This document shows, in pieces, positions 51,606 to 61,913 of a stretch of 64,000 nt of DNA. Each line of letters begins with the position of its first letter. Position 1 is the first letter of the stretch. The notes below the pieces were generated by a model. It was not told the origin of the DNA. It ran no database searches and worked only from the letters and a program-made list of their open reading frames with translations. Made by a program: the position numbers and the translations under genes. The DNA is taken from contig CALEUG010000001.1 in NCBI GenBank assembly GCA_937920515.1, positions 12,070 through 76,069 on the forward strand, read 5' to 3'. Source of the stretch: an uncultured bacterium. GTDB taxonomy: Bacteria; Acidobacteriota; Aminicenantia; Aminicenantales; Saccharicenantaceae.

Positions 51606-52799
51606 TTATTCCCTATCGGGAAACACTTTCTTTCCCCTTAAATATGTGGCCACTGTCTCAAAGTTAGAGTCGAAGACAGCCACGCTGGCCAGCTTGCCGG
51701 GTTCCAGGCTGCCCATTGTCTTGTCCAGCTCAACGCTTTCGGCCGGGGTCAGCGAAGCCATCCTGACCACCGCCGGCAAAGGCAGGCCAGTCCATTTGCG
51801 GACGTTTCTTATAGCCTGGTTCAAACGCAGCACCGAGCCGGCCAGAACTCCCGAGTCCTTGAGCCTGACCTCGGCCCCTTTCAGCACAATCTGCATATCC
51901 CCCCAGTCGTATGTTCCATCGGGCAGACCGGCTGCCTTTAGCGAATCGGTGATCAGGCAGGTGCGTTCGGGACCCTTGCGGAACACGGCCAAACGGATAA
52001 AAGACGGATGAACATGGATGCCGTCGGTTATCAGCTCGGCAAAGACCCGGTCGCTGTCCAGGACTGCTCCCGGCCCGCCAGGCTCCCGGTGATGGAATTC
52101 CCGCCAGGCGTTAAAAAGATGGGTGGCATGGTTGGCCCCGGCCTCAATCGCCCTGGTGGCTTCATCATAGGTGGCATCCGAATGTCCGATTGATACCACC
52201 CAGCCCAGACCCACCATCCGGGGAATAAACTCCAGGTTGCGCCCGGCTTCCGGCGCCATGGTGATAAGAGTTTTAAGCGGACCGAGGGCAGCCTGCAGCC
52301 TCTCCAGGTCTCTTTCCTGTATTTCCCTTACGTATTTCGGGTCCTGGGCTCCTTTTCTTTTCAGGCTGACGTAAGGCCCTTCCAGGTGGATTCCGGCAAT
52401 ATCCGAGGGCAGGTCCTCTCCTGCGGCCTCCCTGACTGTTTCAATGGCTCTGATGACCTTTTCCAGAGAGGCGGTCAGGGTGGTCGGGAAAAAGGCAGTC
52501 ACGCCACAGGCCGCCTGGTGCCCGGCTATTTCTTTCAGGCCGGCCACCTCCAGATCCATGACTTCACGTCCCAGAGCTCCATGCAGGTGAATATCTACCA
52601 GTCCGGGTGAAACCCAGTGACCGCTGTAATCCTGTAAATCGGCGGAAGGCAGGTCGTTTCCCTGGCCTGCTTCTCTAACTTCTTTTATAACCCCGTTGTC
52701 GATCAGCAGCCAGCCGTTTTCAATAATTCTATCGGGCAGGATTAAATTCCCTCTGATAACTTTTCGTTTCATCTGCTTTTTCTCCCGGATTAAAACCAT
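51606..52799 (-). CDS. nagA: N-acetylglucosamine-6-phosphate deacetylase
   Basis: PGLVDIHLHG, HLEGPY, GHSDAT, THLFNA, DGIH and LAGS motifs. The start may be ATG 52772. Confidence 0.95.
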   Translation of the reverse strand: MVLIREKKQMKRKVIRGNLILPDRIIENGWLLIDNGVIKEVREAGQGNDLPSADLQDYSGHWVSPGLVDIHLHGALGREVMDLEVAGLKEIAGHQAACGVTAFFPTTLTASLEKVIRAIETVREAAGEDLPSDIAGIHLEGPYVSLKRKGAQDPKYVREIQERDLERLQAALGPLKTLITMAPEAGRNLEFIPRMVGLGWVVSIGHSDATYDEATRAIEAGANHATHLFNAWREFHHREPGGPGAVLDSDRVFAELITDGIHVHPSFIRLAVFRKGPERTCLITDSLKAAGLPDGTYDWGDMQIVLKGAEVRLKDSGVLAGSVLRLNQAIRNVRKWTGLPLPAVVRMASLTPAESVELDKTMGSLEPGKLASVAVFDSNFETVATYLRGKKVFPDRE

Positions 52800-53046
52800 T
52801 CAGCTACTTACTATATAAATTTTACCACTTTTACCACCTCTCCGGTTAATCCTAAAATCTCCCGGCACGAATGGTGGCGGGCAACAAGTCAGCTCGATAA
52901 AAACGTGGACAACTCGGCAGGCTTCTGATTGAAAAACTGGCAGTCAACTCCATCATTCTGGCCAATTATATTCCAGCAACCACGCCTGCCGGCAAGGATC
53001 TCAGAATATTTCAGGTAACAGCTCTTCTGTTGACGAATGCTCTGTC

Positions 53047-53943
53047 TCAGTCTATTTTTATCCGGCCCTGTTCCCTCAGATCACGGTAGCTGAGCAGCTT
53101 TATATTCCGTTTGGCTATGACCTTCTTGACTCTGGGGCTGGTTATGGCTTTGACTTCGGCCGATCGGTATTTATAGACATCTTTCAACCCGTCGGGGTTC
53201 AGGTCAACGATGGCCTTTTCTTCTGGGGTGTCCAGCCCGGGATGAACCACCAGCAGGTAAAGGCCAGGTCTGGCCGTTTGCAGCTTCTCTATCAACACTC
53301 TTTCTTTTTGCCCGGGTTCAACCGCGTAGATGTCGAAAAATTCCCGGTCCTCACCACACTGGCCGGAAATGGGCAGCCCGTATTCCCTGGCTATCTTCCG
53401 GACGACAGCCCTGTATTCTTCCCTGGTTTCCAGGCTGTCCATGTGGGTATCAAGATAATCAAGGCGCAGGCCGCAGCTTAAAGCCCGGTCGACCTGGGCC
53501 CGGAGTTCCTTTTCCAGTTCCTCTATACTCGGATTATTATCCAGAAAAGCCCGGGCCGTCGGGAAAAAATAACCATCCCTGTCGACCAGGCTCGGGACCA
53601 GGTTAAAGGGCAGAACCGGACGCCAGCGATAATCCCGCCATTCGGCGTTGACACAGAGATGAACTCCCACCGACCATAGCCTGTTTTCCCGGCAGCGCCT
53701 GGCCGCATCCTCAAACCAGGGAGAAGGAACGATCAGGCCCCCGGCAGTCAGGATCCCCCGGTTAAAGGCCAGCTCGAAGGCTTCGTTGGCCGAATGGGTC
53801 ATTCCCATATCATCGCCGCGAACGATGAGCTCCACCGCCTGTCCCGCCTGCTTCCCGTCCCGGGCGAAAAGAACCATAAGTGCCAGGGCACCCAGAAAAA
53901 CTATCCAGGTACTGGCTTTCCTTTTCATCAGGACCCTCCTCAT
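53047..53943 (-). CDS. YdjC/ChbG family carbohydrate deacetylase with an N-terminal signal/anchor
   Basis: RGDDMG, GVHL, E.RAQ, DTHM and HPG motifs. Confidence 0.88.
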   Translation of the reverse strand: MRRVLMKRKASTWIVFLGALALMVLFARDGKQAGQAVELIVRGDDMGMTHSANEAFELAFNRGILTAGGLIVPSPWFEDAARRCRENRLWSVGVHLCVNAEWRDYRWRPVLPFNLVPSLVDRDGYFFPTARAFLDNNPSIEELEKELRAQVDRALSCGLRLDYLDTHMDSLETREEYRAVVRKIAREYGLPISGQCGEDREFFDIYAVEPGQKERVLIEKLQTARPGLYLLVVHPGLDTPEEKAIVDLNPDGLKDVYKYRSAEVKAITSPRVKKVIAKRNIKLLSYRDLREQGRIKID

Positions 53944-54348
53944 AAAAACACAGTGCCTGAATTCATGTACAATGTCAAACCTTCGAGTTTAGCACCATTA
54001 AATCAGGACTTTCCATTGCCCCTGTTCTTTTCATCAGCCTATCTTTTCAGGCTTTTCTGTAATCATGGCTACTCCACCCCATATTTTACCCTGCTGATTT
54101 GTTCAATCAGCTATTCAAAAAGAACTTTCATTCCCTCCATTTTAAGGCTCTTACTTTTTTTATTTTCCTTTGGCACCATCAATTGCAGGACCGGTATCAT
54201 GGTCAGGTTGAAAAGCGGCACCAGCAACCCCACCCGCAGCGAATCCTTTTTAATGTATCTGTTGAGCATTCCGTCCTATTCACTGCTGACAGCACCGACT
54301 AATTCTTTTTTCTCTACGAAATTATTAAAGAGCTTACAGCAGACCATT

Positions 54349-56682
54349 TTATATTTTTTTCATCAGCAAGACTTTAACTCCCTGAGGTTCCAGCTCCAGG
54401 TTGAAGCTCATCCGGTCCCGGTCCTGGTTGAAAAGAATTTTTTCTCCGCTCTCGAGATTTTTCAGCTCAACACCGGGCCAGGGTCGGGTGGTGGTCAGGG
54501 TAAACTGTGCTTTTTCCTCTTCGCGGTTAAATACAAAAAGTACCCGGTAATCCGTCCCTTCCAGCCAGCGCCATTCAGCCAGCGAATTTTCTGGCCGGGA
54601 TTTTATTTCTAAATCAGCCCTTATACCCAGCCACCCGGCCAGGCCGGCCAGGAACTTTCCGTTGTTAGGATTTCGGAAATGATGATAGGCCGAGCTTAGG
54701 AAGGAGCCGGCTATCAGGGCCTGGCCCTTACCATGAGGAGCCAGCACCAGCATCGGCTGTCCGTCGGGGCTGGTAGCCAGAACCCGGGCCTTATTGTCGG
54801 TAATTTCAAAAGTTTCTTCAAAAAATACTGTATCCAGCGAATCTCCAGGTTTTAGCCAGGGCAAAGACGGGTGACTCTGGCTGATTGTCATCTGGCCCGT
54901 TTTCTGGATGGGCAGCAAGCGGGCTTCCCGGCAGCCCAGAACTCTATCCAGGCCACCGCCCGGGATGACCGGAAAGGCAAAGCCCTTCTCATCAATCCAG
55001 CCGGCCCGGGCCTCAACCAGCAGGGTTCCACCCTGCTCCACGTACCTTACCAGGTCCTGAACGTAGGGCTGCGAAATCATCACCGGGTAAGGGGCGATCA
55101 GCAACCGGTAGCTGGCCGCTTTATCCTTCAGGTCACGGACATGGATAAAATCCACCTTGATTCCCCGCTCGAAGAAGGCCCGATGCACCCCCTGCAGAGA
55201 CTCGCTGAGGTTGTTGTAGCCGACCGGCTGGCCTTCCGAAGTGAAGGTCTGCTGGCCGCCCACCAGGTGCGAAAGCGGATTATAGACGATGGCTACCTGA
55301 GATCTCTGCGGCCTGGCCTTCAAAAACAGCTCCATGTTCTGGCTTATGGTCCGGGCAATCCGCCCGGCTTCTTCAGCCCGGGGCGTGATTTTGCCGTCAA
55401 GCTCAATTAACCCGTAGCCGCCGGCTTCGTAGCCTGAACTCATCGGATAATAAGCGTAGATGTTAATGGCCCTGGCCCCGCAGGCCACCATACTCCACAT
55501 CCAGTCGCGAAGGTCCGCGGCCGTAACCGGGACACTGACCTTCATACCAAAAACACCGTAACCGGCCTGAAGCTCGCCCACGTAAAACCCTTCGTTCTTG
55601 AGGCTCATCGACCGGACGAAATCCAGGCCGGCCGCACGGAAAAAGGGCGTCCAGGGCCGGACGGCGCCGGCATGCTTGGGATAGATGGAAACACCGTAAT
55701 AATCGACGCTGTCGTTCATCTTGCGGTCGTCGGGCGTTCCGTCCCAGGACGGCCGGCTGAACAGCCCGGGAATGGCCGAATGGCTGGTGACCACCGATTG
55801 CGGAAGAACCTTCTTTATGGCTTGAGCCTTAAGGGCCAGGTCCTCGGCCAGCTTGTCAGAAATGTATTCCTGCCAGTCGACATAATCGGTGTAAGTGAGG
55901 ATGGTGCCGAAGCGCGGCGGCTCCACTTCCTCAAAATTGCGGAAGGTTCGGTGCCAGGACTGATTGAGCTTCTCCACCGTATCGTATTTTTTCTTCAGCC
56001 ACTCCCGGAACCGAGCCTGGCTCGAAGGACAGTAGCAGAACTGGACATACCTCAGGTCCCCCAGGTGATAAACCTCCGACCAGTTGATGATATGGGGTTC
56101 GCTCCACAGGTCCCAGCCGTAGAAGGCCGTCCTGTCCCTGACGGCCCGGGCAGCGGCGCTGAAAAAATCCAGGATTTTTTCCCGGACACCGGGGTGGTCA
56201 AAACAGAAGCCGGGCGCAGACTGGGAATAAACCTTGAGGTCGTTGGAAGCGACAAAAGCCGCCTCTGGATATTTTTTCCCGACCCACTCCGGAGCCGAAT
56301 CTATGTAAACCTGGCAGATGACCTTCAGCCCGACCTCGGCCGCCAGGTCGGCCAGCAGTTGCAGACTGGAAAAATCATACCGGCCCTCTTCCTTCTCGTT
56401 GTAAGCCCACTCCAGCCAGCAGCGCACGGTGTTAAAGCCGAGTTTTTTTATCTGTTCCAGGTCTTTTTTCCACCCGGCCCGCGATTTTTCGGTTACCGGT
56501 TCAACCATCGGAGCCCTGACCCTGCCGCCGGTGTACCAGACCGAGACGGGGAAAAAGTTACGATGTTTATCCTGGCCCGGTACCTGAGCCCTGGCTTCGA
56601 GGGGTTCAGAAGCTGATATGAACCCCAGGCTTAATCCGAACCAGGCCGCCAGAATTACATGGGTTGACTTTCTCCTTGGCAT
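54349..56682 (-). CDS. Secreted GH42-like glycoside hydrolase
   Basis: W.KDL..IK.LGFNTVR, E..EG.YDF, WSEPH (acid/base), GELQAG (nucleophile) and a trimerisation-type domain. Confidence 0.85.
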   Translation of the reverse strand: MPRRKSTHVILAAWFGLSLGFISASEPLEARAQVPGQDKHRNFFPVSVWYTGGRVRAPMVEPVTEKSRAGWKKDLEQIKKLGFNTVRCWLEWAYNEKEEGRYDFSSLQLLADLAAEVGLKVICQVYIDSAPEWVGKKYPEAAFVASNDLKVYSQSAPGFCFDHPGVREKILDFFSAAARAVRDRTAFYGWDLWSEPHIINWSEVYHLGDLRYVQFCYCPSSQARFREWLKKKYDTVEKLNQSWHRTFRNFEEVEPPRFGTILTYTDYVDWQEYISDKLAEDLALKAQAIKKVLPQSVVTSHSAIPGLFSRPSWDGTPDDRKMNDSVDYYGVSIYPKHAGAVRPWTPFFRAAGLDFVRSMSLKNEGFYVGELQAGYGVFGMKVSVPVTAADLRDWMWSMVACGARAINIYAYYPMSSGYEAGGYGLIELDGKITPRAEEAGRIARTISQNMELFLKARPQRSQVAIVYNPLSHLVGGQQTFTSEGQPVGYNNLSESLQGVHRAFFERGIKVDFIHVRDLKDKAASYRLLIAPYPVMISQPYVQDLVRYVEQGGTLLVEARAGWIDEKGFAFPVIPGGGLDRVLGCREARLLPIQKTGQMTISQSHPSLPWLKPGDSLDTVFFEETFEITDNKARVLATSPDGQPMLVLAPHGKGQALIAGSFLSSAYHHFRNPNNGKFLAGLAGWLGIRADLEIKSRPENSLAEWRWLEGTDYRVLFVFNREEEKAQFTLTTTRPWPGVELKNLESGEKILFNQDRDRMSFNLELEPQGVKVLLMKKI

Positions 56683-57024
56683 GACACCCTCTCTTTCTTC
56701 AATCCGGAGAGCATGTTTTTTTACAGATAAATTATTTCCGATTTACAGATTTTTTTCACCTTTTTATTCAGCTTTTCGCTCTCCTTTCATATTTTGAGGC
56801 AAAAGCCAGCACCATAACGGGGTCCTATCACCAGCCTTCATCTTTATCGATTCTGCTAAATCCTGCTTGCAACCGGGATGGTTTTCCAGATGGATATCAA
56901 TAATAAATCAATCCCGTGGGAAAACAATAACTTCAGAATTTCTACCAGCTTAAGAAAAAATCTTCAGGTCACAGCCAATCACGATCTTAAATTAAGTCAA
57001 ACAGTCAGATACCAGTTAAGACTG

Positions 57025-58239
57025 TCATTTCTGAACCGGAGTGCGAAAAGTCCTGGCAACGGTCTGCAGAAGTTCCGGCCGCCCCCTGTGCAGGTCGGCA
57101 GTGATTTCCCAGATGATAACCCCGGCCAGGCCCTTATCCAGCACATAGCGGCACTTGTGGAAAACTGAACGGATATCATCAAAGGACAGAAGGGTGGTCC
57201 TGGTCGGGCTGAGGAGGAATGGCACCTGGCTGCAGAAATCCCAGTTGTATTTCCAGCCTGAAGCCATAAGTTTCTGAATATCGGCGTAAGTGTAATGCTG
57301 GCTCTGGGTCGACGGAGCATACAGCCTGCCGGTATTGAACGAACGGCCAAAAAACGGAATCCCCAGAAGAAGCTTATTCAGCGGGATTTCTCTTATGACC
57401 GCATAGCTGAAGCTATCATCCCAGGAACCGCAGGGGTCGTTCTGGCAGGTATAAAGCGGGGAGTTATGGCCGGAATGGTCGGACCAGGTCCCGTGATAAT
57501 CGTAGGTCATCAGGGCGATATAATCGAAATAGGGATGAAGCCCCTCGTAGTTTATCCATCTTCCCCAGTACGGCCCCGAAGGCGCAGCCATGGTCAGCAG
57601 CCGCGGCGGGTCCATGGCCCTCAGCGCGGTTGAAAGCTCCCTGACCAGGTCGGAAAAGTCCTGCCTTTCCTGCTCGCTGGAGACGAATTCCCAGTCGAGG
57701 TCCACCCCGTCGTAGTTGTTCTGAAGGCAGAAATTCACAACCTGGCTGATAAAACGAGCCCGTTTTTCGGGCGAAGCGGCCGTTGGCGGGAAGCCCTGGC
57801 AGTTGCCCCAGCCGCCGATGCTCATGATAACTTTAACTGAGTGAGCATGAGCCGCAGTCACCATTTCCGGGTAAAGGTAATTCGGGGCCACAACCAGATT
57901 GCCCTGGCTGTCAGGCCAGGTGAAGGCGTGGGCCAGGTGGGTCAGGCTGGAAAAATCTATCAGGCTGTGGCTGAATTCCGATTTTTTCCACCCCGGGTAA
58001 TAGCCCATGACAACTCTGGCCAGCTTCGGTTGCCGGTCAGTTGTTTTTTCTTTCTGGAGAAATTCCCTTCCCCGCTGCTGGCTGCTGACCTGGCTGAAGG
58101 AAAGGACAAGCAACAGCAGTCCCAGACCGAAAATAAGAAGGCAAGAAGGAATCGATTTTACTCTGATTTTAATTATGGCCGGCCTCATCACACTCCTTTT
58201 TAATTTCATTTTAGTTCTTCTCTGGTCTCGCCCTGCCAT
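57025..58239 (-). CDS. GH18 chitinase-like hydrolase
   Basis: SIGGW, DGVDLDWE (intact DxDxE), MTYDYHG and WE motifs. The exact start is uncertain. Confidence 0.92.
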   Translation of the reverse strand: MAGRDQRRTKMKLKRSVMRPAIIKIRVKSIPSCLLIFGLGLLLLVLSFSQVSSQQRGREFLQKEKTTDRQPKLARVVMGYYPGWKKSEFSHSLIDFSSLTHLAHAFTWPDSQGNLVVAPNYLYPEMVTAAHAHSVKVIMSIGGWGNCQGFPPTAASPEKRARFISQVVNFCLQNNYDGVDLDWEFVSSEQERQDFSDLVRELSTALRAMDPPRLLTMAAPSGPYWGRWINYEGLHPYFDYIALMTYDYHGTWSDHSGHNSPLYTCQNDPCGSWDDSFSYAVIREIPLNKLLLGIPFFGRSFNTGRLYAPSTQSQHYTYADIQKLMASGWKYNWDFCSQVPFLLSPTRTTLLSFDDIRSVFHKCRYVLDKGLAGVIIWEITADLHRGRPELLQTVARTFRTPVQK

Positions 58240-58426
58240 TTTAAGATCACTTCGCCTCTGTTCCCTGAGCTTAATGCGCCGCTTCCATATCTTAAGTCGA
58301 TCGACTTATTCAATAAATTAGTCGAAACAGCCTGAAAATTTTGCTTATAACATCCCAGCCTTCCCGCTCTTAAGCAGTCAGACCGGGCGCTCCCCCCGCT
58401 GGCTTCCAGGGCTGTCACTCCCGGAC

Positions 58427-59650
58427 TCAGGTCAGCAGGCTTTTCAGTTCATCCAGGCGGCGGGCTATGTTTACAGCCCGCAGGCAGCGGGCCGTGCACT
58501 GTTCACAATCCGCGCAGGCCTTTATTGACCGGCCAGCTTCCAGCCCGTCCAGGGTTTCCCTGGCCTGGTAGAAATTACCGTAGCTGGCGGCATACATGTG
58601 AGCCCTGAGAACAGCCGGAACGTCCACGCCCCTGGGGCAGGTGGGCTGGCACTGGCCACAGGCCCGGCAGACCGCTGCCATCTGCTGCTTGACCAGACGG
58701 TCTTCCAGGAATTTCTTCTCTTCCTCTGTGTATTCCAGGTTGTAAGCCACCGGCAAATCAGTATTAAGCTGCTCAAAAGTGGTGAACCCGGGCACGGCCG
58801 TGGTGATAAACTCGTGGCGCACCGCCCATTTTAGAAGCGCGCTGTGGATTATTGGCCCCTCATAAAACCTTCTCATTTCGGCCGGAACCGATTCGCGGTA
58901 CCAGGCCTGCTGGCACTGGGTCTTCATGGCCACCAGGCCAATGCCCTGGGCCGCAGCCTTTTTCAGCGTTTCCAGGTATTCAGCGTAGTCATGGAGAGAA
59001 TAATTCAGGGTGGTCAGGACCACGTCATAAATTTTCATCTCCAGGCCTGTCTTGATAACTTCATTCATGTTCTGATGAGTGCTGAAACCGATGAACCGGG
59101 CTTTCTTCTGTTCCTTAATTTCAAGCAGCGATTCAACCAGGGCCGGGTTTTTGAGCCAGGCCGGGTCAGAGACATCGTGCGAATAAAGAATGTCCACGTA
59201 ATCAGTCTGGAGGCGACGCAGGCTTTCGTCAATCATCTTCCGGTGCATTTCTTTTATTTCGTTGGCCGGGAGGCTACGCTGGGGAGGCCTGATATTAATC
59301 TTGGTGGCGATGACCACTTTATCCCTGGCTTTTAACTCCTCGACCAGCACCCGGCCGACCATTTCTTCATTCCGGCCCCGCTGATAACCATAGGCGGTGT
59401 CAAAATGGCGGAGGCCCAGCTCGTAAGCCCGGCGGACCAGCTCGGGGTTGTCGGCATTCATAACGCCCATGGAAACGACGGGAATTTTATAACCGGTGCG
59501 GCCCAGGGTCCTGGTTATCAGGTCACCCGGTTTCCCTTCTGGCCGAGCCTTTTCGGTGGATATTGCCGACCGGCTCAGCGACAGCGCCCCGGCGATTGTG
59601 CCGGCGGCCGTTCCCAGGAATTTTCTTCTATTCAGGGTTTTTCTGTCCAT
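58427..59650 (-). CDS. Aldo/keto reductase with a Tat signal and a C-terminal 4Fe-4S dicluster domain
   Basis: NRRKFLG; FDTAYGY, ATK and SL.RLQTDYVD; CRACGQCQPTCP and CADCEQCTARC. Confidence 0.88.
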   Translation of the reverse strand: MDRKTLNRRKFLGTAAGTIAGALSLSRSAISTEKARPEGKPGDLITRTLGRTGYKIPVVSMGVMNADNPELVRRAYELGLRHFDTAYGYQRGRNEEMVGRVLVEELKARDKVVIATKINIRPPQRSLPANEIKEMHRKMIDESLRRLQTDYVDILYSHDVSDPAWLKNPALVESLLEIKEQKKARFIGFSTHQNMNEVIKTGLEMKIYDVVLTTLNYSLHDYAEYLETLKKAAAQGIGLVAMKTQCQQAWYRESVPAEMRRFYEGPIIHSALLKWAVRHEFITTAVPGFTTFEQLNTDLPVAYNLEYTEEEKKFLEDRLVKQQMAAVCRACGQCQPTCPRGVDVPAVLRAHMYAASYGNFYQARETLDGLEAGRSIKACADCEQCTARCLRAVNIARRLDELKSLLT

Positions 59651-59757
59651 AAAGATTCCTCCTCAGGTCGAAATGCCGTCTATTTTTTTACCGATAAATC
59701 GGCGCCCGGTCAAGAAAAAAATAAGCCACCGGGCAATCTGGGGTTATAGCCAAGGAA

Positions 59758-60690
59758 TCAAAAACCTGATTTTATAAAAAGGTAAAGAAAGAGAGGCAGG
59801 CTGACGATGGAGACCAGGGCGCTGGCCACGAACAGCTGGTTGACATAGGCCCGGTTGCCCCCGGCCCGCCCGACCAGAACCGGGACAACCGTCAGCGGTG
59901 GCACCGCGCATTGCAGGATTATAATCAGAGATACCGGCTGGGGAATTCGAAGAAGCTTTATGGCCAGCAGGCCAAGGGACGGGAAGATGAAATTCTTGAC
60001 CAGGACAAACCAGGCCACCCGGCCGGCATAAAATTTTTTCATCCCGGCCAGGTCCAGGTAGATATTGCCACCCAGGATGAGAAAAATGATCGGGGTGGAA
60101 ATCGCCCCCACCGCCAGGAAGGTGCTTTTAAGAAAACCCGGGAGGTAAACATCCAGACCGCCCAGCTTGAGCAGGATGGCCAGGACCGTGGCCAGGAAGA
60201 CCGGCGAAAAGATTCTCTGCCACCTGGCTTTTTGTTTCATCCCCAGCACGGTCGGAATTACCATAAAGAAGAAGCTCGGGTAAAACATCATGAAGACAAA
60301 GAGCGCGGCCACCTCGGGTGAATTGGCCCCGAAAAGTCCGGTCAGCAGGGCCACCGGGAAAAATATTCCGTTTTGAAAAAAGAGCGAAAGGAAAAATTCC
60401 CTGTTGCCGCGGGAAACCAGGGTGAAAATTAAAGAGAAAATAGCGAGCCCGGCAGTCAAACCAAGCCACCATAGCGGGTAAACATACCAGTGGTGGAAGG
60501 ACACCGGGTCGAAGTTTTTGATGATTATGCTGAAAGAAAAGAAGGGCAGGGCCAGGTCAATACCCAGGGTGGAAAGAAATTTCAGGATGCTCTCTTTGTC
60601 CTGGATTTTGCCGCGGAAAACGAAAAAGCCGACAACGGCTATGCCCAGCTGGGCGGCCACCACCTCAAAGGCCCTGGCAAAGATATTCAT
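59758..60690 (-). CDS. AEC (auxin efflux carrier / malate permease) family transporter
   Basis: About 10 TM segments with ALP, F.N..F.P, P...L.LG and K....P features. Confidence 0.8.
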   Translation of the reverse strand: MNIFARAFEVVAAQLGIAVVGFFVFRGKIQDKESILKFLSTLGIDLALPFFSFSIIIKNFDPVSFHHWYVYPLWWLGLTAGLAIFSLIFTLVSRGNREFFLSLFFQNGIFFPVALLTGLFGANSPEVAALFVFMMFYPSFFFMVIPTVLGMKQKARWQRIFSPVFLATVLAILLKLGGLDVYLPGFLKSTFLAVGAISTPIIFLILGGNIYLDLAGMKKFYAGRVAWFVLVKNFIFPSLGLLAIKLLRIPQPVSLIIILQCAVPPLTVVPVLVGRAGGNRAYVNQLFVASALVSIVSLPLFLYLFIKSGF

Positions 60691-61190
60691 GATTTTCGCT
60701 TCGGCTCCTTCTGCCGGATTTATTTAAACTACCCTATTGGGCGACTGCTGGCAACGATTTTTTATGACCGGGTTGAGAAAAGTTCCTCTCCCAGAACCTC
60801 ATTTTGGACTCGGTCTGCCTGAACCTTCCGGGGGTATCTCCTAACCCCGGCGAAGCAATGAGGCTATTAGCTCCTACACCAAGGAAGGATTGTATTTCAT
60901 TTAAATTCCCACGCCTGTCTCCCGCCGCAGCCCGTTCTGGCATCTATTTTTTAAATTCAATCCTATTGGCCGGTTAGCCGGCCCGCTAAATTCCCGTTCA
61001 TAAACAGGTTTTAATATCAGAACCTGCTCTCGGGTAAAAATGCATACACTGTAATTATACATCCCTTATTAGTTCTAATCGTCATCAGGCTGAAAAATAA
61101 GCTTCAGCCCCCACCTCTTCAATGTCAACACCGGAATGTTGCCGTGTAGGTTAAAAGGTAATAGAATTAAATCCAGAGAGGGTATGGACA

Positions 61191-61913
61191 ATGAAAAATA
61201 ATCTGGAAAGAAAGTTCCTGGCGAGCTTGATACTCAGCCTGCTTATTGGCCTGAGCCCCAGCCCCGGCCCTGCCGGGCAGAAAGCAGCTGATTCCAGGCC
61301 GGGAGAAGAAAGGGTGGCCCGGGCGATCGAAGTCATCAAGGACCTGGCCAGCCTGAAGGAAGAAGGAATCCCGGCCCGGCTGCTGGAGAAGGCTGAAGGC
61401 CTGGCCATTTTCCCGGGCGTGGTCAAGGCCGCCTGGGGAATCGGTGGTCAGTACGGTCGGGGAATAGTCATGGTCAGAAGAAATGACGGGCAATGGAGCA
61501 ATCCCCTGTTCATCGACCTTATCGGCGGCAGTTTCGGCTGGCAGATAGGGGTGCAGAAAGCCGACCTGGTCCTGGTCTTTAAAAACCGGAAGGGCGTGGA
61601 AAATATAGCCTCCAATAAAATCACCCTGGGAGCCGACATGAGCGTTTCTGCCGGTCCGGTCGGCCGGAGCGCCGAGGCAAGTACTGATATAGAAATGGAA
61701 GCTGAGATATACTCATATTCCAAGAGCAAGGGACTGTTTGCCGGAATTTCGTTAAAAGGTGGGACTTTGCGGGTAAATAAGGAAGCCAGCGCCGGATTTT
61801 ACGGAGCCAGCCATAATCCCTCCAGGATCCTGTATGAGGACATCAAGACCCCGGTGATAGTAATCCGCTTGCACCAGACTATCGAAGAACTATCCCGGAC
61901 GCTCAAGAAATAG
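61191..61913 (+). CDS. YSC84/SYLF lipid-binding domain protein (secreted)
   Basis: GIP..LL..A.GLAIFP, GG.YGRG, WS.P, GGSFGWQIG, AGPVGR and YSYSKSKGLFAG motifs. Confidence 0.9.
   Translation: MKNNLERKFLASLILSLLIGLSPSPGPAGQKAADSRPGEERVARAIEVIKDLASLKEEGIPARLLEKAEGLAIFPGVVKAAWGIGGQYGRGIVMVRRNDGQWSNPLFIDLIGGSFGWQIGVQKADLVLVFKNRKGVENIASNKITLGADMSVSAGPVGRSAEASTDIEMEAEIYSYSKSKGLFAGISLKGGTLRVNKEASAGFYGASHNPSRILYEDIKTPVIVIRLHQTIEELSRTLKK

Noticed and set aside
53794-54612. 272-aa plus-strand ORF, and a minus-strand frame broken by TAG codons in the same gap
   Set aside because: The plus ORF overlaps two real genes antisense and has no recognisable motifs; the minus frame shows no recognisable homology, so neither recoding nor a pseudogene is supported.
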